A stretch of DNA of 43,107 nucleotides, from NCBI GenBank assembly GCA_045644605.1, contig JAZRHB010000021.1, positions 1 through 43,107 on the forward strand, in the 5' to 3' direction. The first letter of the stretch is position 1; each line of letters begins with the position of its first letter. The translations under genes were made by a program, and so were the position numbers. This stretch comes from Clostridia bacterium. GTDB lineage: Bacteria > Bacillota > Clostridia > RUG12999. A model generated the notes under the pieces. It did no database searches, had not been told where the DNA came from, and saw only the letters and a program-made list of their open reading frames with translations. Below, in pieces: positions 1 to 10,956 of this stretch.

Positions 1-1625
1 ATTTTGAATATATTGTTACCGCTACCGAAACAGAAGCTCTGGTGCTGGAATGTAACCTTATTAAAAAGTATAAACCGTTTTATAATATTCTCCTTAAAGA
101 CAGTAAACAATATCCTTATATAAAGGTTTCGGTGCAAAACGAATATCCTAAAATATCGTTTGTTCGTAAGATATTAAATGATGGTGCAAAATATTACGGC
201 CCGTACACCGGCGGAAGTGCGAGAGAAACAATTGATGTTGTACGGAAGGTTTTTAAAGTGCCGTCGTGTAACAGAGTATTTCCAAGAGATATAGGAAAAG
301 ACAGACCGTGTCTTAATTATCATATAAACAACTGCTCTGCTCCGTGTAGTGGCAGAATTTCCAAAGAAGAATACAAAGAAGTGTTTAAGAATATATGTGA
401 ATTTCTTGATGGGAAAACCGGAGAAATTGAACGTCTTCTTAAGGCAGAAATGAAAATGTATTCCGAAAATCTTGAGTTTGAAAAAGCGGCGCAGGTTCGC
501 GATAAACTGAATAGTATTGCGGCTCTTAAGGAAAAACAGAACATCATTATTCCCGGTGGTGGCGACAGAGATGTAATTGCGGCGGCGTTTGACGGAAGTA
601 CTTCGGATTTGCAGGTATTTAATATCCGCGACGGAAAGCTTATAGGAAGAAAGGGAGTTCATATTTCCTATCTTTTGTCGGAAACTCCGCAGGAAGTGTT
701 TGCGAAGTTTATGGTTCAGCATTATATGGATGAGGAATTTATTCCGGCTGAAATTCTTATAAATACCGAACCTGATGACAAAGAGGCAATTCTGGCATTC
801 CTTACTGGAAAGGCGGGAAAAAAGGTGGAGCTTCGTATTCCGCAAAGAGGACCGGGTCGTGACCTTATTAAAATGGCAACAGATAATGCTGTGCGCTCTC
901 TTGACGAACGGACGGGTCTTTTTGCTAAAAAAGAAGAAGAAAACAGACCTGCCCTTGAAGAGCTTTCGTCTGCACTTGGATTTTCTGTGCCGATAAGAAG
1001 AATTGAGGCGTATGATATATCAAATACGGCGGGACATAATTCTGTAGGTGCTATGGCGGTGCTTTTAAATGGTGTGCCGGAAAGCAGTTTATATAGATTT
1101 TTCAAGATAAAAACCGTTGTTGGTGCAAACGACTATGCATCCATAAAAGAAGTTATTGAAAGACGTCTGGGGCACGGCGATGATGAGGGATTTGGGTCGC
1201 TTCCGGGCGCGATTTTTGTTGATGGCGGTCTGGGACATTGCAGTGCCGCTCTTGCCGCAATGGAAGCGGCAGGGAAGAGTGTGCCGGTGTTTGGTATGGT
1301 AAAGGATAATTTCCATAAAACACGTGCGCTTATTACTCCCAATGGTGAAATTATAGAACTGACAGACAGGGCATTTTCTCTTGTGGCATCTCTTCAGGAA
1401 GAAGTGCATAGAGTGGCAATTTCATATCACAGAAAGCTTGAAAACAAAGAAATGACCCGTTCGGCGCTTGATGAGATTCCGGGAATCGGACCAAAGAAAA
1501 AAAGAACGCTCCTTCGGGCTTTTGGAAGTGTGAAAAATGTAAAGAATGCATCCGCCTCTGATTTGGCGGCGTGTGGAATAGGAGTAAAATCTGCAGAAAT
1601 TGTATATAAATATTTTAATGAATAA
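1..1625 (+). CDS. uvrC: Excinuclease ABC subunit C (5'-truncated by window edge)
   Basis: Frame open from base 3 (FEYIVTATETEALVLECNLIKKYKPFYN); Cys cluster CLNYHINNCSAPC, UVR motif LEFEKAAQVRD, RNase H-like IEAYDISN and VDGG, C-terminal HhH LDEIPGIGPKK. Confidence 0.96.
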   Translation, partial: FEYIVTATETEALVLECNLIKKYKPFYNILLKDSKQYPYIKVSVQNEYPKISFVRKILNDGAKYYGPYTGGSARETIDVVRKVFKVPSCNRVFPRDIGKDRPCLNYHINNCSAPCSGRISKEEYKEVFKNICEFLDGKTGEIERLLKAEMKMYSENLEFEKAAQVRDKLNSIAALKEKQNIIIPGGGDRDVIAAAFDGSTSDLQVFNIRDGKLIGRKGVHISYLLSETPQEVFAKFMVQHYMDEEFIPAEILINTEPDDKEAILAFLTGKAGKKVELRIPQRGPGRDLIKMATDNAVRSLDERTGLFAKKEEENRPALEELSSALGFSVPIRRIEAYDISNTAGHNSVGAMAVLLNGVPESSLYRFFKIKTVVGANDYASIKEVIERRLGHGDDEGFGSLPGAIFVDGGLGHCSAALAAMEAAGKSVPVFGMVKDNFHKTRALITPNGEIIELTDRAFSLVASLQEEVHRVAISYHRKLENKEMTRSALDEIPGIGPKKKRTLLRAFGSVKNVKNASASDLAACGIGVKSAEIVYKYFNE

Positions 1626-1641
1626 AATTAGATGAAAAACG

Positions 1642-1669
1642 TTGACTTTTTTTATATTTTGTATATAAT
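1642..1669 (+). promoter_or_regulatory. SigA-type promoter for small ORF-pfkA
   Basis: TTGACT-16 nt-TATAAT. Confidence 0.6.
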
Positions 1670-1711
1670 GTATTATAGGTTAATTTTTGCAATTTGCTTC
1701 AGGAGGTAAAT

Positions 1712-1897
1712 ATGTGGACTGTTGTATATATATCTCAAAGTGAGGATATAGCAAAAGAAATAAAGGATTTATTGGAAGCGTCGCAGATTTTGGTTATGAT
1801 GCGCAGCGCAGGAGAGAAAGAACAGAAATCTTTTGAAATTCTGGTTCCTGAAACGGAAGTTGAACAGGCTCATAATATAATAATTAACAATAATTAG
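1712..1897 (+). CDS. Small conserved hypothetical protein (DUF2007-like)
   Basis: AGGAGG RBS at 1701-1706 before ATG 1712; MWTVVYISQ...FEILVPETEVEQAH resembles the small protein often found upstream of acc/pfkA genes in Clostridia. Confidence 0.7.
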   Translation: MWTVVYISQSEDIAKEIKDLLEASQILVMMRSAGEKEQKSFEILVPETEVEQAHNIIINNN

Positions 1898-1917
1898 CAG
1901 TAACGGGTGATGAAAAA

Positions 1918-2919
1918 ATGGCAAACAAGAAAATTGGGGTTTTAACAAGTGGCGGTGATGCACCGGGAATGAATAATGCTGTTGTGGCAATCGTTAAAGC
2001 CTGCAGATACAACAATGTAGGGATTGTAGGCGTTAATTACGGTTATCGCGGACTTCTTGACGGTGGTATTTTTGATATTGCCGACATGGATACGGATGAT
2101 ATTATAAACCGTGGCGGTACAATTCTCGGAAGTGCAAGATGTCTTGAATTCAAAGAACCGGAAAATGTAAAAAAAGCGGTTGAAGTTGCTAAAGCTAACG
2201 GCATAGAAGGTATGATTGTAATTGGTGGTGACGGTTCGTTCCGAGGTGCAAGAGATTTAAGTCTTGCAGGTCTTCCTACAATCGGTATTCCGGCAACTAT
2301 TGATAATGATATTTCGTGTTCCGAATACACACTTGGCTATGATACGGCACTTAATACAGTTATTGATTGCTGTGATAAAATTAATGATACAATGCGTTCA
2401 CATAACAGAACAGCGTTTGTTGAGGTTATGGGTAACAAAGCAGGTTATCTTGCGGTTGAAGTTGCCATTGCCTGTGGTGCGGATGCGGTTCTTGTTGCAG
2501 AACAGAATTTTGATATTGAAAAGAATATTGTTGATGTTATTGCAAGAAAATATGAAGAAAAGAAACATTTTATGATTATTGTAGCTGAAGGTGTTGAAAA
2601 AGTATGCGGTAAATCAACAAAGAAAATAATGAATGAAACCGTTGAAATGATTGATAAAAAATATGGTATTCAGCTTGATGCCAAATTAACCGTTCTCGGT
2701 CATATTCAGCGTGGCGGTAAACCGACATATAAAGACAGAATTGCCGCAAGCAGAATGGGGGCGGATGCGGTTAAACTGCTTATCAACGGCATAGGAAACA
2801 GAGTTGTTGCTCTTCGGAACGGTAAAGTTGTTGATTACGACATACTTGAAGCTCTTGAAATGAAAAAAAGTATAGAGGATGAACTTCTTATGCTTTCAAA
2901 AATCATTTGCGAAAAATAA
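1918..2919 (+). CDS. pfkA: ATP-dependent 6-phosphofructokinase
   Basis: GVLTSGGDAPGMN, GGTILGSAR, IGGDGSF, PATIDND, EVMG and LGHIQRGG motifs. Confidence 0.97.
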   Translation: MANKKIGVLTSGGDAPGMNNAVVAIVKACRYNNVGIVGVNYGYRGLLDGGIFDIADMDTDDIINRGGTILGSARCLEFKEPENVKKAVEVAKANGIEGMIVIGGDGSFRGARDLSLAGLPTIGIPATIDNDISCSEYTLGYDTALNTVIDCCDKINDTMRSHNRTAFVEVMGNKAGYLAVEVAIACGADAVLVAEQNFDIEKNIVDVIARKYEEKKHFMIIVAEGVEKVCGKSTKKIMNETVEMIDKKYGIQLDAKLTVLGHIQRGGKPTYKDRIAASRMGADAVKLLINGIGNRVVALRNGKVVDYDILEALEMKKSIEDELLMLSKIICEK

Positions 2920-2931
2920 TATTACCAATAA

Positions 2932-2955
2932 AAAGGACGGCAGATGCCGTCCTTT
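2932..2955. terminator. Bidirectional intrinsic terminator
   Basis: AAAGGACGGCA-GA-TGCCGTCCTTT perfect inverted repeat between convergent pfkA and XRE genes. Confidence 0.8.
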
Positions 2956-3157
2956 ATTCGTTTTCAAATATGAGAAGTTCATCTATGGAGCATTCCAGAA
3001 GATAGCACATTGCTTCTAAATTTTCGTACCTTACCGATTTGGTTTCGTTGTTTATCATTTTATTGAAATTCTGATAACTCATTCCCAGTTGTTTGTATAA
3101 CCAGTATTTTGTTTTACCTTTTTTCTCAAGTAATGAAATAGCATTCAGTTTAAGCAT
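2954..3157 (-). CDS. XRE/Cro-C1 family HTH regulator (YozG-like)
   Basis: LLEKKGKTKYWLYKQLGMSYQNFNKMINNETKSVRYENLEAMCYLLECSIDELL; AGGTG RBS before ATG at 3157. Confidence 0.85.
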   Translation of the reverse strand: MLKLNAISLLEKKGKTKYWLYKQLGMSYQNFNKMINNETKSVRYENLEAMCYLLECSIDELLIFENE

Positions 3158-3210
3158 ATATATCAACACCTTATCTGTTTTATACATACTATATTATTAC
3201 AAAACTTATC

Positions 3211-3243
3211 TTGACATATAGATTATTACATTATATAATGTAA
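3211..3243 (+). promoter_or_regulatory. Consensus SigA promoter with overlapping 18-bp palindrome (candidate operator)
   Basis: TTGACA(3211)-17-TATAAT(3234); perfect palindrome TTACATTATATAATGTAA at 3226-3243 covers the -10. Confidence 0.75.
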
Positions 3244-3267
3244 ACATTAGGGTATGGGGAGAGAAAA

Positions 3268-3477
3268 ATGATTATAGATATAACAGGAATTGAATTAACT
3301 CCGGGGAATAATAGGATTAATTGCAGGGGAAATGGGGCATATACAGATAAGGATGGAATATTGGTGGAATGTTGTTGTGAAGAATGTGATTATATGCTGT
3401 GTTGTCTTGAAAGCCATGATTCAGAGGAATGTGAAAATTGTACAGATGAAAATTGCCCTAATGTCAAAGGAATATAA
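3268..3477 (+). CDS. Small cysteine-rich acidic protein, putative metal-binding
   Basis: 69 aa with 10 Cys (ECCCEECDYMLCC...CENC...C); GGGGAG RBS and consensus promoter upstream. Confidence 0.7.
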   Translation: MIIDITGIELTPGNNRINCRGNGAYTDKDGILVECCCEECDYMLCCLESHDSEECENCTDENCPNVKGI

Positions 3478-3652
3478 AAGGAAACTGCCCTTTTTAGCTG
3501 TAATAAGCGGGCAAGAATGATAATAAAATTAAAAGTGCACAAATATATACTTATTATATAGGATATTTTCACTATGAATGTAAAAAGTGGTAAAATCAAG
3601 AGTAAATGAGAGTATTTTGGATATAATTTCAAATAATGAGCAAAACAGGGAC

Positions 3653-3681
3653 TTGAATATATCCCCCAAAAATAGTAATAT
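3653..3681 (+). promoter_or_regulatory. SigA promoter of groESL
   Basis: TTGAAT-17-TAATAT immediately upstream of the CIRCE element. Confidence 0.6.
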
Positions 3682-3692
3682 ATTCTATGTGG

Positions 3693-4032
<340 letters not shown>

Positions 4033-4049
4033 TAAAGGAGTTGTTATAA

Positions 4050-5687
<1,638 letters not shown>

Positions 5688-5750
5688 TCCAGTTCCGAAA
5701 AGGCGCAGATGCGCAAAGGAAAAAATTTAAATAAAGTATTTAATTATGTG

Positions 5751-5785
5751 GAAATCTGCAGCATTGCTGCAGATTTCTCTTTTAT
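5751..5785 (+). terminator. groESL intrinsic terminator
   Basis: GAAATCTGCAGCA-T-TGCTGCAGATTTC inverted repeat followed by TCTTTTAT. Confidence 0.75.
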
Positions 5786-5902
5786 AAAAACCTTTGCGCT
5801 CGCACTCTCTCTTCACCTCTTACGCGTACCATGTACGCCTTCGGGCAGGGCATAAATGCTTCAGATTGAGCGCGCTACATCCTTTTCAATAAGGCAAAAA
5901 GA

Positions 5903-5926
5903 AAAAGCCGTGCAGTCACGGCTTTT
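5903..5926 (-). terminator. Intrinsic terminator of the minus-strand SGNH gene (likely bidirectional)
   Basis: AAAAGCCGTG-CAGT-CACGGCTTTT with A/T tracts on both sides, directly after the stop at 5932. Confidence 0.8.
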
Positions 5927-5931
5927 GTTTA

Positions 5932-6555
5932 TTACATTATTTCTTTAAAGGCTTTTATCCATTCGCGGGCAATAAGCTCGTGACCTGCGGCTGTCGGATG
6001 TACACCATCTATAATCCAGTAGGTTTCGGGAGCAAGTTTTGCCGCTTCATTGAATTTTTCCTGAAGAGGTATAAACTTAATGCCATATTTATCAGCAACA
6101 CGTTTTGCAGCTGCGGCACGTTTTGCAACTTCTTCTTTGAAGTAGTCAATATTTGCTGTTGTTGAAGGGCCTTCAAGAACGAATGGTTCAAGAATCATAA
6201 GCTTGAGGTTAGGAAGCTTTGCTTTAAGCTCTTCAATAACAAGGCAGTATACCATTTCAAACTTTTCTTCTTCTACACCATTGTTATGATTAAGCTCGTG
6301 CCACACGTCATTAACGCCGATAAGAAGACTCATATAATCAGGCTGAAGTGCAACGATATCTCTTCCGATACGGGCATAAATATCAACAATTTTGTTGCCG
6401 CTTATACCACGGTTCAAAATTTCAAATTCGCCTGGATAGTCAAGCAAAAGCTCACCGGATACCATTGTGGAATAACCAAATCCTCTTAAATGGTCAAGCT
6501 CGCGATTTCTGCCTGCGTCTGTTATGGAGTCGCCCTGAAATAAGATTTTTTTCAT
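5932..6555 (-). CDS. SGNH/GDSL hydrolase
   Basis: Block I FQGDSITD, block II NRGISG, block III IGVND, block V DGVHP; no signal peptide. Confidence 0.92.
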   Translation of the reverse strand: MKKILFQGDSITDAGRNRELDHLRGFGYSTMVSGELLLDYPGEFEILNRGISGNKIVDIYARIGRDIVALQPDYMSLLIGVNDVWHELNHNNGVEEEKFEMVYCLVIEELKAKLPNLKLMILEPFVLEGPSTTANIDYFKEEVAKRAAAAKRVADKYGIKFIPLQEKFNEAAKLAPETYWIIDGVHPTAAGHELIAREWIKAFKEIM

Positions 6556-6589
6556 GTAAAATCACCCTTTTATGTAATTTAATAGTTTA

Positions 6590-6618
6590 ATTATATAGTA
6601 ATCTTTAGGTAATGTCAA
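6590..6618 (-). promoter_or_regulatory. Consensus SigA promoter of the SGNH gene
   Basis: Minus strand TTGACA(6618-6613)-17-TATAAT(6595-6590). Confidence 0.75.
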
Positions 6619-6714
6619 GCAAAAAGGAACAAATATAATGTCGAAATTTTGGGATGGAAAATAATACCAATAACTGTAAAAATATGGTATAATTAACCCG
6701 AAAGGAGAAGACAA

Positions 6715-7476
6715 ATGAGACTTAAATATATTGACATTGATAAAATAAAGGTGTGTCCTAATCAAACCAGAAGCTTTTTTGATACAACGGCTTTGCAGGG
6801 GCTTGCAGAGTCGATAAGGAAATATGGGATTATTGAGCCGATATGCGTAAGGCGGGTGCGGGGGAAATATGAGGTCATTTCAGGCGAAAGACGTATTCGT
6901 GCGGCAAGGATGGTGGGTATGAAGAAGGTGCCTGCGATTGTACGGTTTATTAAAAATGATGCGGCTCTTCCGTCGGCGCTGATTGGAAATACAGGGCGTC
7001 AGAGTATCAGTATTTTTGATGAGGGCGAGGCGTATAAAAAGATAGTTGAACGGTCTATTATTACCCGGGCGCAGCTTGCGGCACGGATAGGGATAAGTGA
7101 AGAAAGCATTTTAGCTAAAATCAAGGCACTTAACATTACAGATAAAGCAAAACGTATTGCAGGACGATATGGTCTTGATGAATGGCAGGTGACGGAGACA
7201 ATGAGAATACCTGACAGAAAAAGACAGGAGGAGCTGCTTGAAATTGCGGGGAGAGAAAGGCTTACTCCCGACAGAATAAGACGGATGATTGCAGATGAGG
7301 AAAACGAAAATAAGGAAAATGTGCCAAAAAGAAAACAGGTTGTTAAAAATGAAAGGATATATATTAATACAATAAGAAATACCGTTTCTATGATGAATGA
7401 GGCGGGCGGCATTGCAAAATGGGCGGAAAAAGAAGACGACGAATATATTTTATTTACGCTTGAAATTAAAAAGTGA
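6715..7476 (+). CDS. ParB/Spo0J/Noc-like protein (divergent)
   Basis: PNQTR, LAESIRKYGIIEPI, ISGERRIRA (ParB CTP-binding motif), HTH-like segment and Noc-like C-terminus (RIYINTIRNTVSMM...EDDEYILFTLEI); AAAGGAG RBS. Confidence 0.85.
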   Translation: MRLKYIDIDKIKVCPNQTRSFFDTTALQGLAESIRKYGIIEPICVRRVRGKYEVISGERRIRAARMVGMKKVPAIVRFIKNDAALPSALIGNTGRQSISIFDEGEAYKKIVERSIITRAQLAARIGISEESILAKIKALNITDKAKRIAGRYGLDEWQVTETMRIPDRKRQEELLEIAGRERLTPDRIRRMIADEENENKENVPKRKQVVKNERIYINTIRNTVSMMNEAGGIAKWAEKEDDEYILFTLEIKK

Positions 7477-8774
7477 CAGTAGTAAACCCAAAGTTTGGTG
7501 TATTATGGTATCATCAAAGGTTTTGGGGAGGGGATGAGTGTATTACATACAGCGAAAGACAAAAAGAGCTTATCGGGTTATGGAAAAGTGACGGACTTAA
7601 AAGAATCAATGTTCTTGAGGGGTCAGTCAGAAGCGGTAAAACATGGATAAGCCTTGTGGTGTGGGCGCTCTGGGTTGCCGGTATGCCTGAAGATGCAAGT
7701 TTTATTATGGTTGCAAAAACCATTTCCTCACTTCGGCGCAATGTTATTGAATTGCTTGAAGAGCTTGTTGGGGCAAAACAATTTAAATATTCACTTTCTA
7801 AAAAGGAAGGCCGCCTGTTTGGGCGGCTTGTTTATTTTGAGGGAGTAAGCGACTGCCGTGCTGAAAGCAAGATAAGGGGGATGAGCCTTTCGGGAGCGTA
7901 TTGCGATGAGATTACGCTTTTTAATGAGGACTTTTTTACTATGCTTTTATCGAGGTTAAGTAAGCCCGGTGCAAAGCTTATAGGAACAACAAATCCGGAT
8001 AATCCGAATCACTGGTTCAAGAAGAAATATCTTGATAGAAAAGGCGAACTTGACCTTCTTGATATGAAATTTCTGATTGATGATAATCCGTTTTTAAGCG
8101 ACGATTATGTGGAGAACTTAAAAAAAGAATATACGGGAGTATTTTATGACAGGTTTATTCTTGGACTCTGGAAAGCGGCGGAGGGGATTATATACCGCGA
8201 GTTTGCCGAAAACACAAAAGGTTTTTTTGCGAGTGGCGATGAGGACATAATGCTTGCATCAATTGGTGTGGATTTCGGTGGTAACAAATCGGCACACGCA
8301 TTTGTTTGTACGGGATTTACAAAGGGGTTTCGTGAAGTGGTTGTGCTTGAAGAGTTCTATATGAAAAAGGCGGTTTCACCGGAAGAGCTTGAAAAATGTT
8401 TTGTGGAGTTTGTCAGGATGTGCAAAGAAAAATATCCGGTTTACGATGTGTACTGCGACAGTGCCGAAACTACGCTTATTGCCGGGTTTGAGGTTGCGGC
8501 GGCACGGGCGGCACTTGCCGTTGACGTGCGAAAGGCAAAGAAAACAAAGGTTACGCAGAGAATAAGATTTTTCAATATGATTATGTCACAGAGGCGGTTT
8601 AAGATAAGACGGGAGCTTGTGCATCTTATTGATGCAATTTCGGGTGCATTATGGGATGATAAGAGTTCGGGTGACGTAAGGCTTGATGACGGCACGGTTA
8701 ATGTGGATTCGCTTGATGCAATGGAGTACAGTGTGGAAAGCTATATGGATGATATTTTAAGCCGAGTGGAATAG
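7473..8774 (+). CDS. terL: Phage terminase large subunit (PBSX/SPP1-like)
   Basis: Walker A EGSVRSGKT, Walker B GAYCDEITL, coupling motif GTTNPDNPNHW, nuclease IGVDFG / CDSAE / DSLDAMEY. The true start may be near 7542 (GGAGG at 7527). Confidence 0.93.
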   Translation: MTVVNPKFGVLWYHQRFWGGDECITYSERQKELIGLWKSDGLKRINVLEGSVRSGKTWISLVVWALWVAGMPEDASFIMVAKTISSLRRNVIELLEELVGAKQFKYSLSKKEGRLFGRLVYFEGVSDCRAESKIRGMSLSGAYCDEITLFNEDFFTMLLSRLSKPGAKLIGTTNPDNPNHWFKKKYLDRKGELDLLDMKFLIDDNPFLSDDYVENLKKEYTGVFYDRFILGLWKAAEGIIYREFAENTKGFFASGDEDIMLASIGVDFGGNKSAHAFVCTGFTKGFREVVVLEEFYMKKAVSPEELEKCFVEFVRMCKEKYPVYDVYCDSAETTLIAGFEVAAARAALAVDVRKAKKTKVTQRIRFFNMIMSQRRFKIRRELVHLIDAISGALWDDKSSGDVRLDDGTVNVDSLDAMEYSVESYMDDILSRVE

Positions 8775-8864
8775 AACACCACAAGGTTTAAAACCATAAA
8801 TTTTGCGTAATACGGCAGAAAATTCTACAAATATACGCGAAAATCAGTTTTAAGGAGGAATGAT

Positions 8865-10163
8865 ATGGATAGTATCAGAAGTTATTTGAAAAACGAGGGG
8901 TATAATGTAATTGACGACTCGTTCTACAGCCATATTTCAAAATGGCTGGGTTGGTATCAGGGAAAGGTAAGCAGTTTTCACGATTATACGCAGTATAACG
9001 GGAAAACGGTGGTGGCACGAAGCAGAGCTACGCTCAGTATGGCAAAAAAAGTGTGTGAGGACTGGGCAAATCTTATTATGAATGAGAAAGTGAAAATCTG
9101 TGTCGGAAATGAAACGGCACAAAGCTTTCTTGATTCGGTGCTTGATAAAAACAATTTCAAGGTAAGGGCAAACCGTCTTACAGAAATTTGTTTTGCGCTT
9201 GGCACGGGCGCGTTTGTGGAATATAAGGATGGCGATGATGTTGTAATTGATTACATACGCGCCGATATGATATATCCGCTTTCGTGGGAAAACGGACGGA
9301 TTACCGGATGCGCATTTGCAAGCGAAAGAATTGTGGATGAGACAGAATGTGTGTATATGAATATACATACGCAGGAAAACGGCAGATATATTGTAAGAAA
9401 CAAGCTGTTTAAAGCGGAATATTCGGGTCTTACCGAAATGGCTTTGCCGGAGGGTGTTTTAGGGGAATACGAAGCAGGAGATATGCCGATGTTCCAGATT
9501 ATTACGCCGAATATTGTGAATAATATTGACCTTGATAACCCAATGGGGATTTCGGTTTTTGCGGACAGCATTGACGTGCTGAAAGGGATTGACCTTGTGT
9601 ATGACAGCTATCAGAATGAGTTCCGTCTTGGTAAAAAAAGAATTATTGTGCCGGCGGGTATGGCACAGATTTCGCAGGGGTCAGGATTTAATCCGTTGTT
9701 TGATGATAATGATACCGAATTTTATGCAATGACGGATAAGTCGCTTACGGATTTGCGTGAAATAAATATGGAGCTTCGTGCCGAGCCGCACGAAAAGGCG
9801 TTGCAGAAAAACCTAAATCTTCTTGCCGCAAAGTGCGGACTTGGCAATGATAGATACTTAAGCACCCGTAATGAGATAAAAACTGCAACAGAGGTCATAA
9901 GTGAGAAATCCGAGCTTTATCAAAATCTTAAAAAACACGAGCTTGTGTTTGAAAAGGCGGCTATTGATATGGCAAGGGCGGTGCTCTACCTTGGCGGGTT
10001 TGACACTCAGGATGTTACTGTTTTGTTTGATGACAGTATTATTGAGGACAGCGGTGCTATTGCAGAGCGTGCAATGGAGGAGCTTAAGAATGGAATTATT
10101 GATAAAAAGCAGTATCTTATGAGAGTATACAATATGAGCGAAAATCAGGCGGAAAAGTATTGA
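8865..10163 (+). CDS. Phage portal protein (A118/SPP1 gp6-like)
   Basis: Follows terL; SMAKKVCEDWANLIMNE, NPMGISVFADS, EFRLGKKRIIVP, KTATEVISE; AAGGAGG RBS. Confidence 0.9.
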   Translation: MDSIRSYLKNEGYNVIDDSFYSHISKWLGWYQGKVSSFHDYTQYNGKTVVARSRATLSMAKKVCEDWANLIMNEKVKICVGNETAQSFLDSVLDKNNFKVRANRLTEICFALGTGAFVEYKDGDDVVIDYIRADMIYPLSWENGRITGCAFASERIVDETECVYMNIHTQENGRYIVRNKLFKAEYSGLTEMALPEGVLGEYEAGDMPMFQIITPNIVNNIDLDNPMGISVFADSIDVLKGIDLVYDSYQNEFRLGKKRIIVPAGMAQISQGSGFNPLFDDNDTEFYAMTDKSLTDLREINMELRAEPHEKALQKNLNLLAAKCGLGNDRYLSTRNEIKTATEVISEKSELYQNLKKHELVFEKAAIDMARAVLYLGGFDTQDVTVLFDDSIIEDSGAIAERAMEELKNGIIDKKQYLMRVYNMSENQAEKY

Positions 10164-10188
10164 CAATAATGTAGTGGTATGGTAAAAT
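10160..10188 (+). promoter_or_regulatory. SigA promoter of the inserted SGNH gene
   Basis: TTGACA(10160)-17-TAAAAT(10183) with extended TG at 10180; the portal TGA stop lies inside the -35. Confidence 0.8.
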
Positions 10189-10213
10189 GACCCTTGAAAG
10201 AGGAGGGCTACAT

Positions 10214-10942
10214 ATGAAGCTTCGTGAAAAATTTATGAATTATGACGCTATGGGTGATGACAGAAACCCTATTACAATTGCTTTCTTTGGCGACAGCGTG
10301 ACTCACGGTGCGTTTGAAGGTATTATGACACCGAAAGGATATGCGGATGTTTTTGATTATGACAATGTATATCATAATGTGCTGAAACAGATGTTTGCGG
10401 AAATTTATCCGAGTGTGCCTGTTAACATTATAAATGCAGGTAAATCGGGAGATAATGCAACACATTCGCTCTGGCACGGATTTCTTGAAAGATTTGTACT
10501 TTGCTACAATCCTGACCTTACGGTTGTTTGCTTTGCACTTAATGATAGCGGTGGCGGTCTTGAGCTTCTTGAAAGATATGAAAATTCACTTCGTGAGATT
10601 TTCATAAAGCTTAAAGAAGCCGGTGGCGAGGTTATCTTTATGACGCCGAATATGACGGCTACATATATTTCGCCAGATATAGATGAAGATATGCGTCCAA
10701 GAGCAGAAAAAAATACAAGACGCTTTGAAACTGGAATACTTGAAAAATATGTTGAAGCAGCTAAAAAAGTGGCGGCAGAGTGCGGTGTTCCCGTGTGTGA
10801 CTGCTTTGCAAAATGGAAGAAGCTGTATCAGGCCGGGGTTGATGTTACAAGCTTGCTTGCTAATAAAATGAATCACCCTACAAGACCGATGCACATGATG
10901 TTCGCACATTCGCTTTTTGAAATGATTATGTTTGAAGACTAA
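10214..10942 (+). CDS. SGNH/GDSL hydrolase inside the head module
   Basis: FFGDSVTHG, INAGKSG, FALND, NHP; AGGAGG RBS before ATG 10214; own promoter and terminator. Confidence 0.9.
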   Translation: MKLREKFMNYDAMGDDRNPITIAFFGDSVTHGAFEGIMTPKGYADVFDYDNVYHNVLKQMFAEIYPSVPVNIINAGKSGDNATHSLWHGFLERFVLCYNPDLTVVCFALNDSGGGLELLERYENSLREIFIKLKEAGGEVIFMTPNMTATYISPDIDEDMRPRAEKNTRRFETGILEKYVEAAKKVAAECGVPVCDCFAKWKKLYQAGVDVTSLLANKMNHPTRPMHMMFAHSLFEMIMFED

Positions 10943-10956
10943 AAAACTTAATAATT

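Noticed and set aside
8775-8864. Sporulation sigma (SigF/SigG-like) promoter or hairpin before the portal gene
   Set aside because: GTTTA-N18-AATACGG is only a weak match, and the TTTTGCGTA/TACGCGAAAA inverted repeat is imperfect; not enough support.
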